Source: Schmidtea polychroa (taxonomy: Eukaryota). From it: DNA of 64,000 bases. The stretch is from positions 131,502,001-131,566,000 of the forward strand of contig CM097886.1 in assembly GCA_044892525.1 (NCBI GenBank), in the 5' to 3' direction. Below, piece by piece: positions 50,831 through 64,000 of this stretch. Within the stretch, counting starts at the first letter, position 1. Each line of letters begins with the position of its first letter. The notes under the pieces are model-generated. The model saw nothing but the letters and a program-made list of their open reading frames with translations, was not told where the DNA came from and made no database searches. The position numbers and the translations under genes are program-made.

Positions 50831-51919
50831 TGTAACTATTATGTAAATCTGTGAACGTTATATATTTATTATTTTATTGTGAAAAAAAATAAAAAATGTC
50901 ATTCAAAATTTTATTTCATTGCATGTGCACACTTTTGTCTTGTGCGCTTCCAGCGGGTTACCCTTTAACATACCTCTTCATACTCATAGAAATGAGAAGG
51001 GCGCAAGGGCAAAGGTTGGCTCGGGGCGGTAAACTACCGTGAGACAGCCCTGAATTATAAGATCCAGGGTAATTGGACAAAACCTGTTAGTGTTTGGACG
51101 GCCTAAATTACATAAAATTCAACCATGGTGCACTAAATTTGTAGAAAAGTTTAAATACATCATTTTAATAACTATAAATAGAGTTTTTGGGAAGAGAAGC
51201 TAATTATAGGAATAAACTATTATCTTAAATAGTTAAAATATAAAATTATTATTTTTTAATTACTATTATTAGAAATGTAAATAAGTTAATTTGTAATATA
51301 TAAGTAGCTAAAAATAGTAATATTTTGTTGCTAAAAATTATTGTATTTTTAGCTTTAAAATCTATGGTTCTGAAAATCAATTTGTTTGATTAAGTTATAT
51401 TGTTTTGAATCATTGTACTCTGACCAGTGAGAGTAAATTTTGTTTGGATCATAAACCTGTTGTGTTCATAAACCATTATATAAAAGGACAATAATAATGA
51501 GCAGAAAATAATTTCTCTGATTAACAAAAGATATTAACAATAAAATTAATTTATCTTTTGAAAATAAAACATTACATTATTACAGATCCCAACAATTTCG
51601 TTTCTTTATTTGGTTTGAGGAATAAGTTTCTAGAGGAATAATTTTAGGAAGGTTAGAACAATCTGGTAGGTCGAATGCCCAAGCAAAAATTTAGGGCCGT
51701 CTAAGTAAGAAGATTGACAAGAACACTATTGATTTTTCATATATTTTAAATCAGAAATCGATAAGAACAAAGAAGTACCATTTGAAACTGGTACTTTGAT
51801 CTCTTTTCGAATCAGGAATGAACTGGAAATGCATATTAGTGGCTTTCATGTATATAAAGCAGAGTATTTTCAAATCTCAATTTTTCTATGAAAATTATTT
51901 CAAATGGTCAGTCGAAGTA

Positions 51920-54900
51920 ATTTATTACTTCCATAATCATATTTGACAAAATGCAAAGGTAATATTCCTAGTGTCTCTGTTAATCATGCACTTGTATTGC
52001 AAATTTATAAGTCATGCAATGATATAATATAAAATATTATTTTTAGATTATTAAGAATAAATTATGCCCATGAGTTCATCAAAATCGGAATTGGGAAACG
52101 CTAAAAGATCTTCGCAAGAACCATGAAGAAGCCTGATAATAATATTTTAACCTAACCAATATTTTAAAGTTGACATTATGTGTTACAGTAGTATTGGTTA
52201 CTTCATTATTATTTCGTAAATAAATATTTTAAGTTGTTTTTATAAAATTTATTATTTTATTGTAATTATTTATTTTGATTAAAAAATATTTATTATTAAT
52301 AGTAATGTTCCTAGCGTCTCTGTTAATTATGCACTTGTATTGCAAATTTATTAGTCATGGAATTATATAATATAAAATATTATTTTTAGATTATTAAGAA
52401 TGAAATATCCTCATGAGTTCATCAAAATGGGAATTGGGAAACGTTAAAACATCTTCGCAAGAACAATGAAGATGCCTGATAATAATATTTTAACCTAACC
52501 AATATTTTAAAGTTGACATTATGTGTTACAGTAGTATTGGTTACTTCATTATTATTTCGTAAATAAATATTTTAAGTTGTTTTTATAAAATTTATTGTTT
52601 TATTGTAATACTTTTTTTGATTAAAACACATTTATTATTAATATTATTATTTTGTAATAATTTTTGAAATACTGTTTTATATATATATGGAAATTTACAA
52701 TTCGTGAAATATTCATATTATAAATAATAATGACTAAATGATGCTTTTCTACTGTCCATTGACTCTTCTCTGATATTACTTCCCTGATCATATTTGACAA
52801 AATGCAAAGGTAATATTCTTAGTGTCTCTGTTAATTATGTATTTGTATTGCAAATTTATTAGTCAAGCAATTATATAATATTAAATATTATTTTTAGATT
52901 ATTCAGAATGAAATATCCCCATGAGTTCATCAAAATGGGAATTGGGAAACGCTAAAAGATCTTCGCAAGAACCATGAAGATGCCTGATAATAATATTTTA
53001 ACCTAACCAATATTTTAAAGTTGACATTATGTGTTACAGTAGTATTGGTTACTTCATTATTATTTCGTAAATAAATATTTTAAGTTGTTTTTATAAAATT
53101 TATTGTTTTATTGTAATACTTTTTTTGATTAAAACACATTTATTATTAATATTATTATTTTGTAATAATTTTTGAAATACTGTTATTTTTAAATATATGG
53201 AAATTTACAATTCGTGAAATATCCATATTATAAATAATAATGACTAAATCATGCTTTTCTACTGTCCATTGATAGTCCTTTGAAATTACTTCCATAATCA
53301 AATTTGAGAAAATGCAAAGGTAATATTCCTAGTGTCTTTGTTAATTATGTACTTGTATTGCAAATTTATTAGTCATGCAATTATATAATATTAAATATTA
53401 TTTTTAGATTATTCAGAATGAAATATCCCCATGAGTTCATCAAAATGGGAATTGGGAAACGCTAAAAGATCTTCGCAAGAACCATGAAGATGCCTGATAA
53501 TAATATTTTAACCTAACCAATATTTTAAAGTTGACATTATGTGTTACAGTAGTATTGGTTACTTCATTATTATTTCGTAAATAAATATTTTAAGTTGTTT
53601 TTATAAAATTTATTGTTTTATTGTAATACTTTTTTTGATTAAAACACATTTATTATTAATATTATTATTTTGTAATAATTTTTGAAATACTGTTATTTTT
53701 AAATATATGGAAATTTACAATTCGTGAAATATCCATATTATAAATAATAATGACTAAATCATGCTTTTCTACTGTCCATTGATAGTCCTTTGAAATTACT
53801 TCCATAATCAAATTTGAGAAAATGCAAAGGTAATATTCCTAGTGTCTTTGTTAATTATGTACTTGTATTGCAAATTTATTAGTCATGCAATTATATAATA
53901 TTAAATATTATTCAGAATGAAATATGCCCATGGTTCATCAAAATGGGAATTGGGAAACGTTAAAAGATCTTCGCAAGAACCATGAAGATGCCTGATAATA
54001 ATATTTTAAACTAACCAATATTTTAAAGTTGACATTATGTGTTACAGTAGTATTGGTTACTGCATTAATTATGTAAATTTACAATTCGTGAAATATTCAT
54101 ATTATAAATAATAATGACTAAATGATGCTTTTCTACTGTTCATTGACTCTTCTCTGATATTACTTCCCTAATCATATTTGACAAAATGCAAAGGTAATAT
54201 TCCTAGTGTCTCTGTTAATTATGCACTTGTATTGCAAATTTATTAGTCCTCAATAATATAATATTAAATATTGTTTTTAGATTATTCAGAATGAAATATC
54301 CACACGAGTTCATCAAAATGGGAATTGTGAAACGTTAAAAGATCTTCGCAAGAACCATGAAGATGTCTGATAATAATATTTTAAACTAACCAATATTTTA
54401 AAGTTGACATTATGTGTTACAGTAGTATTGGTTACTGCATTATTTTTCGTAAATAAATATTTTAAGTTGTTTTTATAAAATTTATTGTTTTATTGTAATA
54501 TTTTATTTTGAAAAAAAATGTTGAAATGTTTGAAAAAAAAACTGAAGATCCTGAAGTTGATTCTCTTTCTGAAATAAGACAAAGCATATTGAATCTAGCG
54601 AATGATCTTGGTTTTGAGGATTTGGAAGAAGGTGATGTGCTTGACTTGCTAAATGCAGATAGAGAACCCCTTTCACACGAGGAACTGGTCTATATCGAAG
54701 AGGACCGATCACTTGATGAGGAGCCAGAGCCTGATGTATGTAAACAGCTAACCTTAAAGAACTTGTCCAGTGCGCTTTCTCATTTCGAACAAGAAATAAA
54801 AATCCTTCTTCAAAGTGATCCAGACGTCGAACGCAGCGCTAACGTTTTTCGCGGAATTAACTCAGCGATTAACTGTTATGTAGAACTGCAAAAAGAAGCA

Positions 54901-55620
54901 AGAACCAAGGCAAGACAAACAACGTTGGATAAATTTCTTAAAAAATCATCTAAATCTACAACAGCGGAAAATGATGATGACATTATATTGCAGCTTACCG
55001 ATTCTTCATGTTCGTCTTCAGATTAAAACTCTGTCTTTAAAAATTTTAATTTATGTATTTTATTATGTATCAATTTATTAATTTCGATTTTATTAATGAA
55101 TTTGTTTTTGTTTTTTTTATTTCAGTTTCTTGTTATATATAATATGTACTTGTTATTTATTTTTATTTTATATGTAAGCATTTTTAAATGAAATAAAAAG
55201 AAAAAAATGCATTTTAAACTAAAAACTACGTTATTTTATAAAAAATTGGAACCAATCCTATTGAATTTATATGGAATTGTATCAAAATATTTGATTCGTT
55301 ATGCGGCGTTTCGCTTTGCGGCCAACTTTCCTGGAACGTATCTAGGCCGTAAAGCGAGGTATGAGTGTATTATTATTTTGTAATAATTTTTGAAATACTG
55401 TTATTTATAAATATATGAAAATTTACAATTCGTGAAATATTCATATTATAAATAATAATGACTAAATGATGCTTTTCTACTGTCCATTGATTGTGTTTTG
55501 ATATCACTTCCATAATCATATTTGACAAAATGCAAAGATAATATTCCTAGTGTCTCTGTTAATTATGCACTTGTATTGCAAATTTATTAGTCATGTAATT
55601 ATATTAATTTATCATACACT
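51920..55620 (+). repeat. Tandem array of ~510-bp units (~7 copies, some deleted)
   Basis: ATGCAAAG(G/A)TAATATTC recurs at ~51951, 52802, 53312, 53822, 54186 and 55530, with a partial unit at ~52300. Confidence 0.9.
54520..55367 (+). mobile_element. Right half of a Tigger/pogo transposon inside the array
   Basis: TIGD1-like C-terminus (ILNLANDLGFEDLEEGDV...QTTLDKF); end GCGAGGTATGAGTG followed by TA; array resumes in register. Confidence 0.85.
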
Positions 55621-56639
55621 AACATAATATCATTTTATTATTTTAAAATATTTACCAATACCATATACAATTTTAAAAAAACATGATTATTTAGATACCA
55701 TATAGCATATTCTTAGGCCATTTAGTGAAAAATACACGGTTATTTTAAATACATAGCAATTTCTTAAATAAGTAAAATATGATTATTTTCAGACAAATTT
55801 ACCAATTAATAGACAATTTAGTTCGAAATCCATGCTTTTGGATGTACCATTTAATTAAAATTTGGTTATTTAATTATAGGATTCATAACAAAATTTTTAT
55901 ATAGTTTATAGAAATACATAGTTCTTTATTTCAATCATTATCTAAAAACATATTTAGAATAATATTTAAGAAGACAGTCAATTTAAAATTATCAATATAT
56001 GATTAATGGCTGAAATTGATGTTATCATGGAATCATCAAGTAAATTTATTTTATTTTATTATTAAATCAACAAAAAACTTTAGATGTCTGTCAAATAATG
56101 GGAAAACTGATAATATCGATGATGCCCCACTTCTATTGGACATGCCTCTATTCAGGATGATTTTGGATATGCCCCACTTCTACAGTGGATGATTCCGATT
56201 TGGAATGATTCACATCGCACCAAAATCAATGTTACTCAATACAGAGAGAAAGAAATAATCCCTCTCCCCAGTAACCAAGATGAGTAATCGTCGATGTACA
56301 CCAACGCATGTCGAATAACTCGTAATACTAAATTCCTTCCTCGTTGGAATATAGTTGGAATGTATCATTACATTTAAAGAGACTTTGGCAATTAAAGGTT
56401 TTTCTTTTTATATTTGTTTATTATAATTATTAAATTAATTTAATTTTATCGTTCATATTTTATTCTAAGATAAATATTTATTTTAACTGTATTAAATATA
56501 TTCTTACACGTTCTACACACAAGCAACCCAGCAGTCCCAAAACAAGTTTTAAAGGATTCATAAATTTAACATTCACAAATTTCCTACAACTCATACACAA
56601 CTTAAACATAAAAATACAGTTATACAAACACGTAAGGAT

Positions 56640-57291
56640 ATAACATTAAATTATCATAATAGTACCGATCAGCTAATGGGCTTGTATGAATATAACAGAA
56701 AATCTTGCAGGTGGCGGAAAAAAGTATTTTATACTCTTCTAAATAATTCGTGGATTGTGTATAATCAAATCAGACGAGAAAAAAAAACACATTTTTATCA
56801 TTCTTAATAACTGTTTCTGAAGAACTACTTGCTGAAGGGAGTAAAAATACAAGCGCACTAGTAAAAAATGGCGTAACTTCTAAGAAACCAAAATTGTATG
56901 GCGATCATTGCATTTTCAAAATGAGAGTCAAAGAAGATGTTCAAGATACAATAAAAAAACAACAAATAAAAAAAACAGTGTCAACAATGCGATATACCTT
57001 TATTCAAAAATTGTTTAAGTCTTCATCATACTGTATCATAAATTGTATATCTTTTGAAGTTTACAATAAAACAAATTCATAATTTGCTAAATTGTATGAT
57101 TTTTATAGGACTGTTGATACAAATAAGTACCAACAAGAAGTACGGGTGGTACAATGGTTACCAGTCTCCCTAACTATCCCCAATTTTTTATAATTATTTT
57201 ATTTATGATTTGTATCTTAATATATACCACACATTAAAATTATTATACAATCTGTTTTTTAAACAATTTTTTGAATACCGTCCCGAAAGGG
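56640..57291 (+). mobile_element. piggyBac 3' remnant
   Basis: DQLMGLYEYNRKSCRWRKKVFY...NSWIVY; right end CCGTCCCGAAAGGG followed by TTAA. Confidence 0.7.
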
Positions 57292-58399
57292 TTAAAACAG
57301 AAGTAGCTAAGAAGGAAACTTTCTCAATGAAGTATTTGTACTTTTATATTTTTATTCATTTTATGATTACTTTAAAATGCGTCACTCGCCTAAATAAACT
57401 TTAGGAAAATTTTTCATTAATAATATGTTGATATGATTTTAGATAGTGAAAGTGTCATAAATGAGATGAGGAATCGAATAAAAATAGATAAAAATAAAGG
57501 ACATAAAATTCATTTGACATAAAAACTAGACATAAAATAAAGATTTATCTTTATTCAATTTTTAATTTTGAACTGATAAGTGTTATATATAATATTATAA
57601 TATGTGCAGTACACTTTAATTAGATTTTAGAAATTTAAAAGTGCTCTATACTGACAATTTCACCCAAAAATTGTACAGCTTTACATTCTTTTCTTGATAT
57701 TACTTTTTTTTGGCTATAGAAATTTTTAATTATACATCATAATCTCCAAATCATTTCTGCTTACATCTATTTGACTATCTCTAATCTTTATATCATTGGA
57801 AAACCATTATCTGAAATATTACAGAAAATACTGTCTTAATCAAAGGTATAAATATTGGTTTTTCAACACAACACACCTGATATGTTTTTAATCATAATGT
57901 CATAAATTAATTGCTGATTTTTTGCTTTTATTAACCATAAAAGAAGTTTTTTGTTTTATTAATTTTGTTTTACGAAAATTGGAATTAACAGTGTCTTAGA
58001 TCACTTACTATCAACCAGTGGGTAAAATATCTATCATTATAATAGATGCAATTAGTTAGGTGTTTATTATCATATATTTGTTATGCGGAGAAAAATTTAT
58101 TTTAATATTATTAATATTTTGTATTTAAAGTTTTTAATTTTTCCAGAAATTTTATTTTAGTTATTCTATTGGGATAGTAATCGATAAATAACTAGACTGG
58201 GGTCAAAAATTACACAAAAAAGATTTTAAAGAGACCCGGCGCATGGAGAAATGAAGCGATTGGTCTTGCAGTAGAAGTAGAGACATTGTGGTTTTTGCCT
58301 CTTCCTTAGAGTTGGTTGTAATAAGAACAACGTTCTGTTTTAAAGTTTATTAACAAAATCTTCTTCCGTCATTGATTCAATTAGTATAAGCTGATCAGT

Positions 58400-59300
58400 G
58401 ATTTTTAGTTCTACGACTTGTTCAACTTGTTTGAATTCGGTAATTTGTTCATATTTTGAATTCAACAGAAACCTTTGATGCTCCGTTAAACGCGTTGGCA
58501 TTTTTCAGAAAAGGAGAAGTGAGAGGAATGATTCATGTTTGTAGCAAGTACTGATGCGAAATCTAGTTCTGCAGTGTTTACACTGCCTTTAATCCTTTCC
58601 AACCATTGGCGATTAAGCCAACGGAATTTTTCTTGTTGGTTTTTGATTAGCCATTCCTTATCAAATCTAGGTATGATATCCAGCATTCAATCAGACCTTG
58701 CATATTCAAGTACTTTTATATGGGGATGATTGGATTTTCTCGATTATTTTTCATCTTCTAGTTCAGTGGATATTACAAATATGAAACTTTGAGCAATAGC
58801 AATCATTTACGCAAATTGGATATTTGTAGTGAACCGATAGACGATTCTGTCGAAATTTGAAGTTTGGGACACCGCAGGTCAATAGAGATATCGTAGCCTA
58901 GCTCCGATGTACTACAGAGTTGCTAAAGCATCATCTTACAATTGGATATTTTTCGAGGTTGTTGCAATCGAGAATCAAACTTGACAAACATGGCATCCAT
59001 GAATATTGAAATGATTCAATTATATGATAAATTTAGATTAACTAACAAAGGGATATTTGAGCAAGATTGTAACGAAGTCAAGGAATTGTGAGATGTCTAA
59101 TACGATCAAATTCGGAAATTTAATACGACACGACAGATTCTTAACGTGATTTCCTAATACTGATAGGAGAGTCAAATTCGGACAATACATATCAAGATTA
59201 TCAACACGTGAAAGTAAATTGTTATTCAAATTTATAGAACATAACTTTGACAAAGGGAGATTTCAATGAGATAAGATATCAATATTTATAAAATTGCTGT
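58400..59300 (-). pseudogene. Leucine-rich-repeat protein, decayed
   Basis: LCSINLNNNLLSRV...PNLTLLSVLGNHV...PNLIVLDIS (LxxLxLxxN pattern). Confidence 0.7.
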
Positions 59301-61019
59301 TAGAAAAATTGATGTGGACCACGTTAAAGCAATTCTTCAAGACATGGAAGGGTAAATCTGTTAATTCAATTGACGAGCATGAAAGAATTGTGAGAACGTT
59401 TCAATTTCCAATTTCAATTGCCCAGACTTCCCCAGGATGGACGGTAAATACTTACACATTACATTTAAGTATTTTATATATGAAAAAAATAAACATCACC
59501 CCACACGAGAGGGTAGCGCTGTGCCGAAACCCAATAAATTTCCCATATTTTACAAAATTATGGGATAAATATAAGCAAATAATTTTTTGTAAGCACAGAT
59601 TGATTGTCTGTGAAAGTTATGCCATAAGTTGACAGAACACAAAGCCCGTTTCGTTTTCTTTTTCGCAATTCTTTTTGATAATTTCAAACTAGGCAACATT
59701 ATGGAGTGACGCCATACAATGTCATTCATTGTTTATTGCCACTTCTTCGCGGTTCCTCCTATTCGAAGAATGACACTGGTAATAATTACAATCCAACAGG
59801 GAATAATAATCAGCATTCAACTTATACCAGTATTTTTTGGATGAGAATAACTCTCCATTTACTCGGCTTATTGCTACTTAAATAGCATTTGAAAGAATCG
59901 AGGTTATCAGTTCGCGTGACAAAAACTGTCGTATTTTACCTTTGATTCCCCCAACAATATTAAGTTAGCTTTCTTCGGTATTCCTTCGAACATCGACTAC
60001 TAGCATATAGAACCCACGTGGAGAATTGCGTACGACACAATCAGTCTTTAACCATATTTATCACTTAAGATGTTTCATGATATCTGTTATTTTCCATAAA
60101 AATTTTAAATTTACGAGAATATAGTAGCAAATATTTTATGTTTAACATTTTATTATTTTACTTCAGACAACATTGCAGTTGTTTATTATCATTTATAATC
60201 GCAATAGATTGTATTATAATAGTTTATTATTCCTTATTATTTCAATATAGAGTTATCAAAAATCTATATAAAATTTATTTATTTATCGATAACAAAATAA
60301 CTATATTAATAAACTAATTGTTTTGATTAATTTTAAAAAAAAATTAGAATACTTCATAATCTTATGCACAATATCATAATGTTTGTAGTCAATGTAATAC
60401 TAGTAGTAGTTGTTTTGTGTTAAATTACGTAAGTAGAGGTCAATAAAGTAGTAGTCGGTGAAGTAGTTGTCAGTGTACGCAGTTGTCATTCGTCGTAGAT
60501 AACAAATTTTATTTTTTCAATTTGTCTATATTGACAAATAATTTATTTTAATTAATTGTATTATTAATTTTGCTTTGAGCATTTATTTATTTTTAAAATT
60601 ATTAACTGCTGAATGAGTTTGTAGTGTCTTCGCATTATTGTTTTATTTAATTTAATTATTTTTGAATTATTTTTTTGTTTAATACTTACTTTCAAATAAC
60701 AAAACATAAACAAAAGAATCTTGCAAAAAAAATGCAGAAGTAAAAGAAAATTAGACTTATCTCAAAAAACAAAATGGTAAAATATTCAACAGAAACCTTC
60801 GTTTTATTAACAATAAATTCTTATTCAATCTGGATTTATTCATTATCGAAATTTTGCTATTACCAGTTTTCTGTGAAGGTAGCTCCGTCACTAAAGAGTT
60901 TATCTTAATTTTTGTATTTCTGTTACTGTTAAACTAGATTAAATTATTACAAAAAATTGTGAATTTTTAGTAAAATAAATGATTAAGGTAACTTTGATTT
61001 AAAAAATATGAGTAAAATA

Positions 61020-61823
61020 GGGGGGCCACTGGGAAACAAAAATTAATTTTTAAAAATTTAACAATTTGAAAATGGACTAATGATATAACTTCTTTGCTCT
61101 TATATATCAATCTAACATGTTTTTAAATAAATCAGATTGATCTAAGATTAGGAATTCGTCATTTAAATTGCTTGATCGTTATTAAAATCCACGAATAAGA
61201 GATTTTTAAAAATATCCGTTTATTAATGATATGATATTGGGGCCCCTAATTTAAACCCAACTAGCGTGGAATTCAAAAGAATATTTTAAATTTCATTAAA
61301 ATTTATCTACTAAAAAAATGAAATGAAACGGCTTGAAATATTTCGAAAATTTCTCATTGAAGTTTTAAATTTAAAATTGTCGGTGTTAATTAATTTCAAT
61401 AAATTTTAATACTAAAAGAAGTAGACAAAAGGTTTGAAAATTTTTTTTCGATTGAAATATATCCCTTAATTTAATGAATATTTAATTTAGATGAAAAGAC
61501 ACAAGAGTGGAGCAGAAAAACGAAAAGACATTAAGAAGCGAAAAGAAGCTATCGATAAATCAGCGAAAATCACCTCATTTTGAAGAAGATTCTTTTTAAT
61601 CATTAAACGCATCAGTCAATGGCGATTCATTTGATACATTCGTTCAAGAACATGAAGATTTAACAGTTGGAGAAGAAAAAAATTGAATACGTCGAGTGAT
61701 TTAGATAATGACCATTATTTAGTTTCAAAAGTCGTTTTTGATATCGCTCTTCTTCAGTCAAACGATCCAAAAGGGGCCCCAAAATAATTTGGCCCTGGGC
61801 CCCGCACTCTCTCCTAGGCCCTG
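61020..61823 (+). mobile_element. hAT (ZMYM1-like) deletion derivative
   Basis: MKRHKSGAEKRK N-terminus at ~61492; GGGGCCC subterminal motifs; end GGCCCTG. Left boundary uncertain. Confidence 0.5.
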
Positions 61824-62516
61824 CTTACGACCCTAATATAAAATCACCTCACACAATAGATTTTGTTATTAATAAATCTTCAGTGCAGTATCTGATTTCG
61901 AAGTAGAAGTGTAAAATTATATTGTCCAAGCAATGAATTTTTATTTGATTTTGGGTGTGTACATTTGGTTTTTTCGGGTTGTGTTTGGAGAAATCGAATT
62001 GAACTTTATATTAGTGAAATTGATTTTGAAATTAGTTGTATTTGTTTTAAATAAAATTTAAAAAGTGAATTTCAAAAATGAAACTTACGTGGCTTCGTTT
62101 GTTCTATGGATATAAATGTTCAAATAGTGATTTATATGCTGGAACTCTATTCCAATAAATAGAAGTATATCAAGCTAAAATAGACGACAGTGAATTAATT
62201 TCACCTTTCTATTAGTTATAAATCGTTATTAGATTTTAGGAATTATTTGAAAATATTGACGGTATGAAAAACTTAAATCATAGAAATTTAACTTTAAACC
62301 TGTTATATGATAACTGAATTATATAACAGTCCTATTATTATTAAAAAATTTAATTGATTGTTTAGTTTTGTGGAATCTGAAAATTTAAATGTCATTGAAA
62401 CTACCGAAAAATTTCAAAGTACAAAACAGAAAAAAACTTAAAATCAATAGATTATAAACATTTTTTCAAATATAGGAATTGCTACTTCGTATCAGAATTA
62501 AAAATTTCCCCCCAAC

Positions 62517-63135
62517 GGCAACAGTCACAAAAATTTCACCCCAAAAAATAATAAAAGTAATTAATTAATAAAGAATATTGATATTTAATTATAATTGTGA
62601 AACAAACAGTTATAATAAAAAAGTCATTTTCTAGATTAACAATTCAAACACCAGATTAGTTTGAACAATAAATCATTTTTGCTTCAGAAAAAGAATTAAT
62701 AACACTTCTAATGGATAAATCTATTAAAAAGAGAACAACTGTGCAATACTTGTATGAGTCCAACCAATTTTGTCCCCTATAAGAGAAATGTAGACAGATT
62801 CGCTTGAAGATGCATGAATAGTAATTGCACAGAATATAAAAATTACTTTTCAATACGAAGAAATTCCTTTTACTACATCCTTGAAGCTTTGTGTCAGAAT
62901 TCTGATTAGATATGCATCCCTACAACCTAGTTACAGCATCAAAGAAAGCCTAGATATTGCTGCAGGAACTGTTGATAAATTAATCAACAAATTTATTTCA
63001 ATTATTCCTTCTAAAGATTTTTCTTCAAGCAAGCTAGGTGGACCTGCTAGCATCGCTCAAATTGACGAAACGATGCTAAGCTACAAATGTAAAAGTCATC
63101 GACGCGGGTCGCCTAGCCATAGAACAGATGCATTT
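62517..63135 (+). mobile_element. Merlin (ISXO2/IS1595-like) transposon, 5' part
   Basis: CNTC...RCMNSNC zinc ribbon; LGGP...QIDETMLSYKCKSHRRGSPSHRTDA; GGCAACAGTCAC end-like sequence at 62517. Confidence 0.85.
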
Positions 63136-64000
63136 TTGAAGTCAAGGTTTTTTTTTCAGTTTATTAATATACTATTTTTTTAATTAACTCTTTTTTTAAA
63201 TAAATTAACAGAATTAACTACTTCAATAAATTTGTGACAGAATCGCAATAAAAGCGATTTAAAGTCATACAATGAAATAAAAATCAAAATACATTAATAC
63301 TTAATAAAAAAAGGAGAAATATCAATGGAATTTTGAATGATAGAAGGCAGGACGGCCCAAAAAATGATAATTAACATTAATAAATTCACTCTTTATTTTG
63401 AATTTTATTTTCTTAATTATATTATTCGTTATATATCAAATTTTTATTAATATGTAGCTTTACCAACGGCAAGGTATAATTGTCACAAATTATCAAATCA
63501 ATTATAAATAATAATAATACTGTCAACCTTATTAGTTTTGATCCTCAATTCAATATCTTAATCTTAATGAGATAATCGAAAACAATATAATTTTCCATCA
63601 GGTTGTCGAAAATAATAAGGAAATCTGGTTTCAGATTGTGGTAAATTCACGACAAGGTAATTAATACATAATAGATAATATAAAAATTTTTTATAAAATT
63701 TGAATAATATAAATACTTACTTTGGCTGCAATTAAAACGCATTTATAATCTATATACAACGATAAATAATTTTACTTCAACTAAAGAAATACATGCTTAC
63801 TTTGGCTGCAATTAAGATACTAAACGTGTATCTAAAATTTTACTTCAACTACAGAAATTTAATTTTTCATAATAAAAAAGGATTATTAAATTTTAAATTT
63901 CATCTCACTTTAACCATATATCTCGTAAATTAAAATTAAATGGCGTACATCAATTACCCAAGAATAAATATTAAAACAAAAGAGTCATTCTTTTTGAAAT

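Noticed and set aside
51920-55620. CRISPR-like array
   Set aside because: Units are ~510 bp and wholly repeated, with no unique spacers and no cas genes; eukaryotic context.

Overview
Very AT-rich eukaryotic DNA that is almost entirely mobile-element debris, with two assembly gaps (9926-10083, 42939-43069). I see no intact housekeeping gene, rRNA, tRNA or CRISPR array. The host is probably a large-genome microsporidian; this is an inference from the Merlin transposase signature and decayed LRR genes. Recognisable known families are piggyBac (one with both ends, one remnant), several hAT derivatives, a FLYWCH-MULE, a Tigger/pogo half, a Merlin, Polinton/adintovirus-type PolB fragments, a ~510-bp tandem array and a 4.4-kb segmental duplication. 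The main signal is a family of divergent 2.5-7.4-kb elements bounded by TGTTGGG(C)...(C)CAACA-type ends with 4-bp target-site duplications: TTAT at 2890-5395 and its copy, CTTG at 13339-20489, ATAT at 22700-30134, and an imperfect one at 35662-39627. They share one layout: an A-rich head, an inverted CCAAT box plus TATA, splice-like signals, up to four recurring uncharacterised genes (an EGTWF coiled-coil/acidic-tail protein, an AT-hook protein, an antisense gene and a RWTWS exon), and a conserved hairpin region 200-260 nt before the right end. None carries RT, integrase or transposase. One copy has a duplicated left end flanking coiled-coil genes and an env-like membrane-protein gene. This suggests giant protein-coding LTRs, mostly solo, of a complex retroelement. 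All alignments and coordinates were made by eye and may be off by a few bases.
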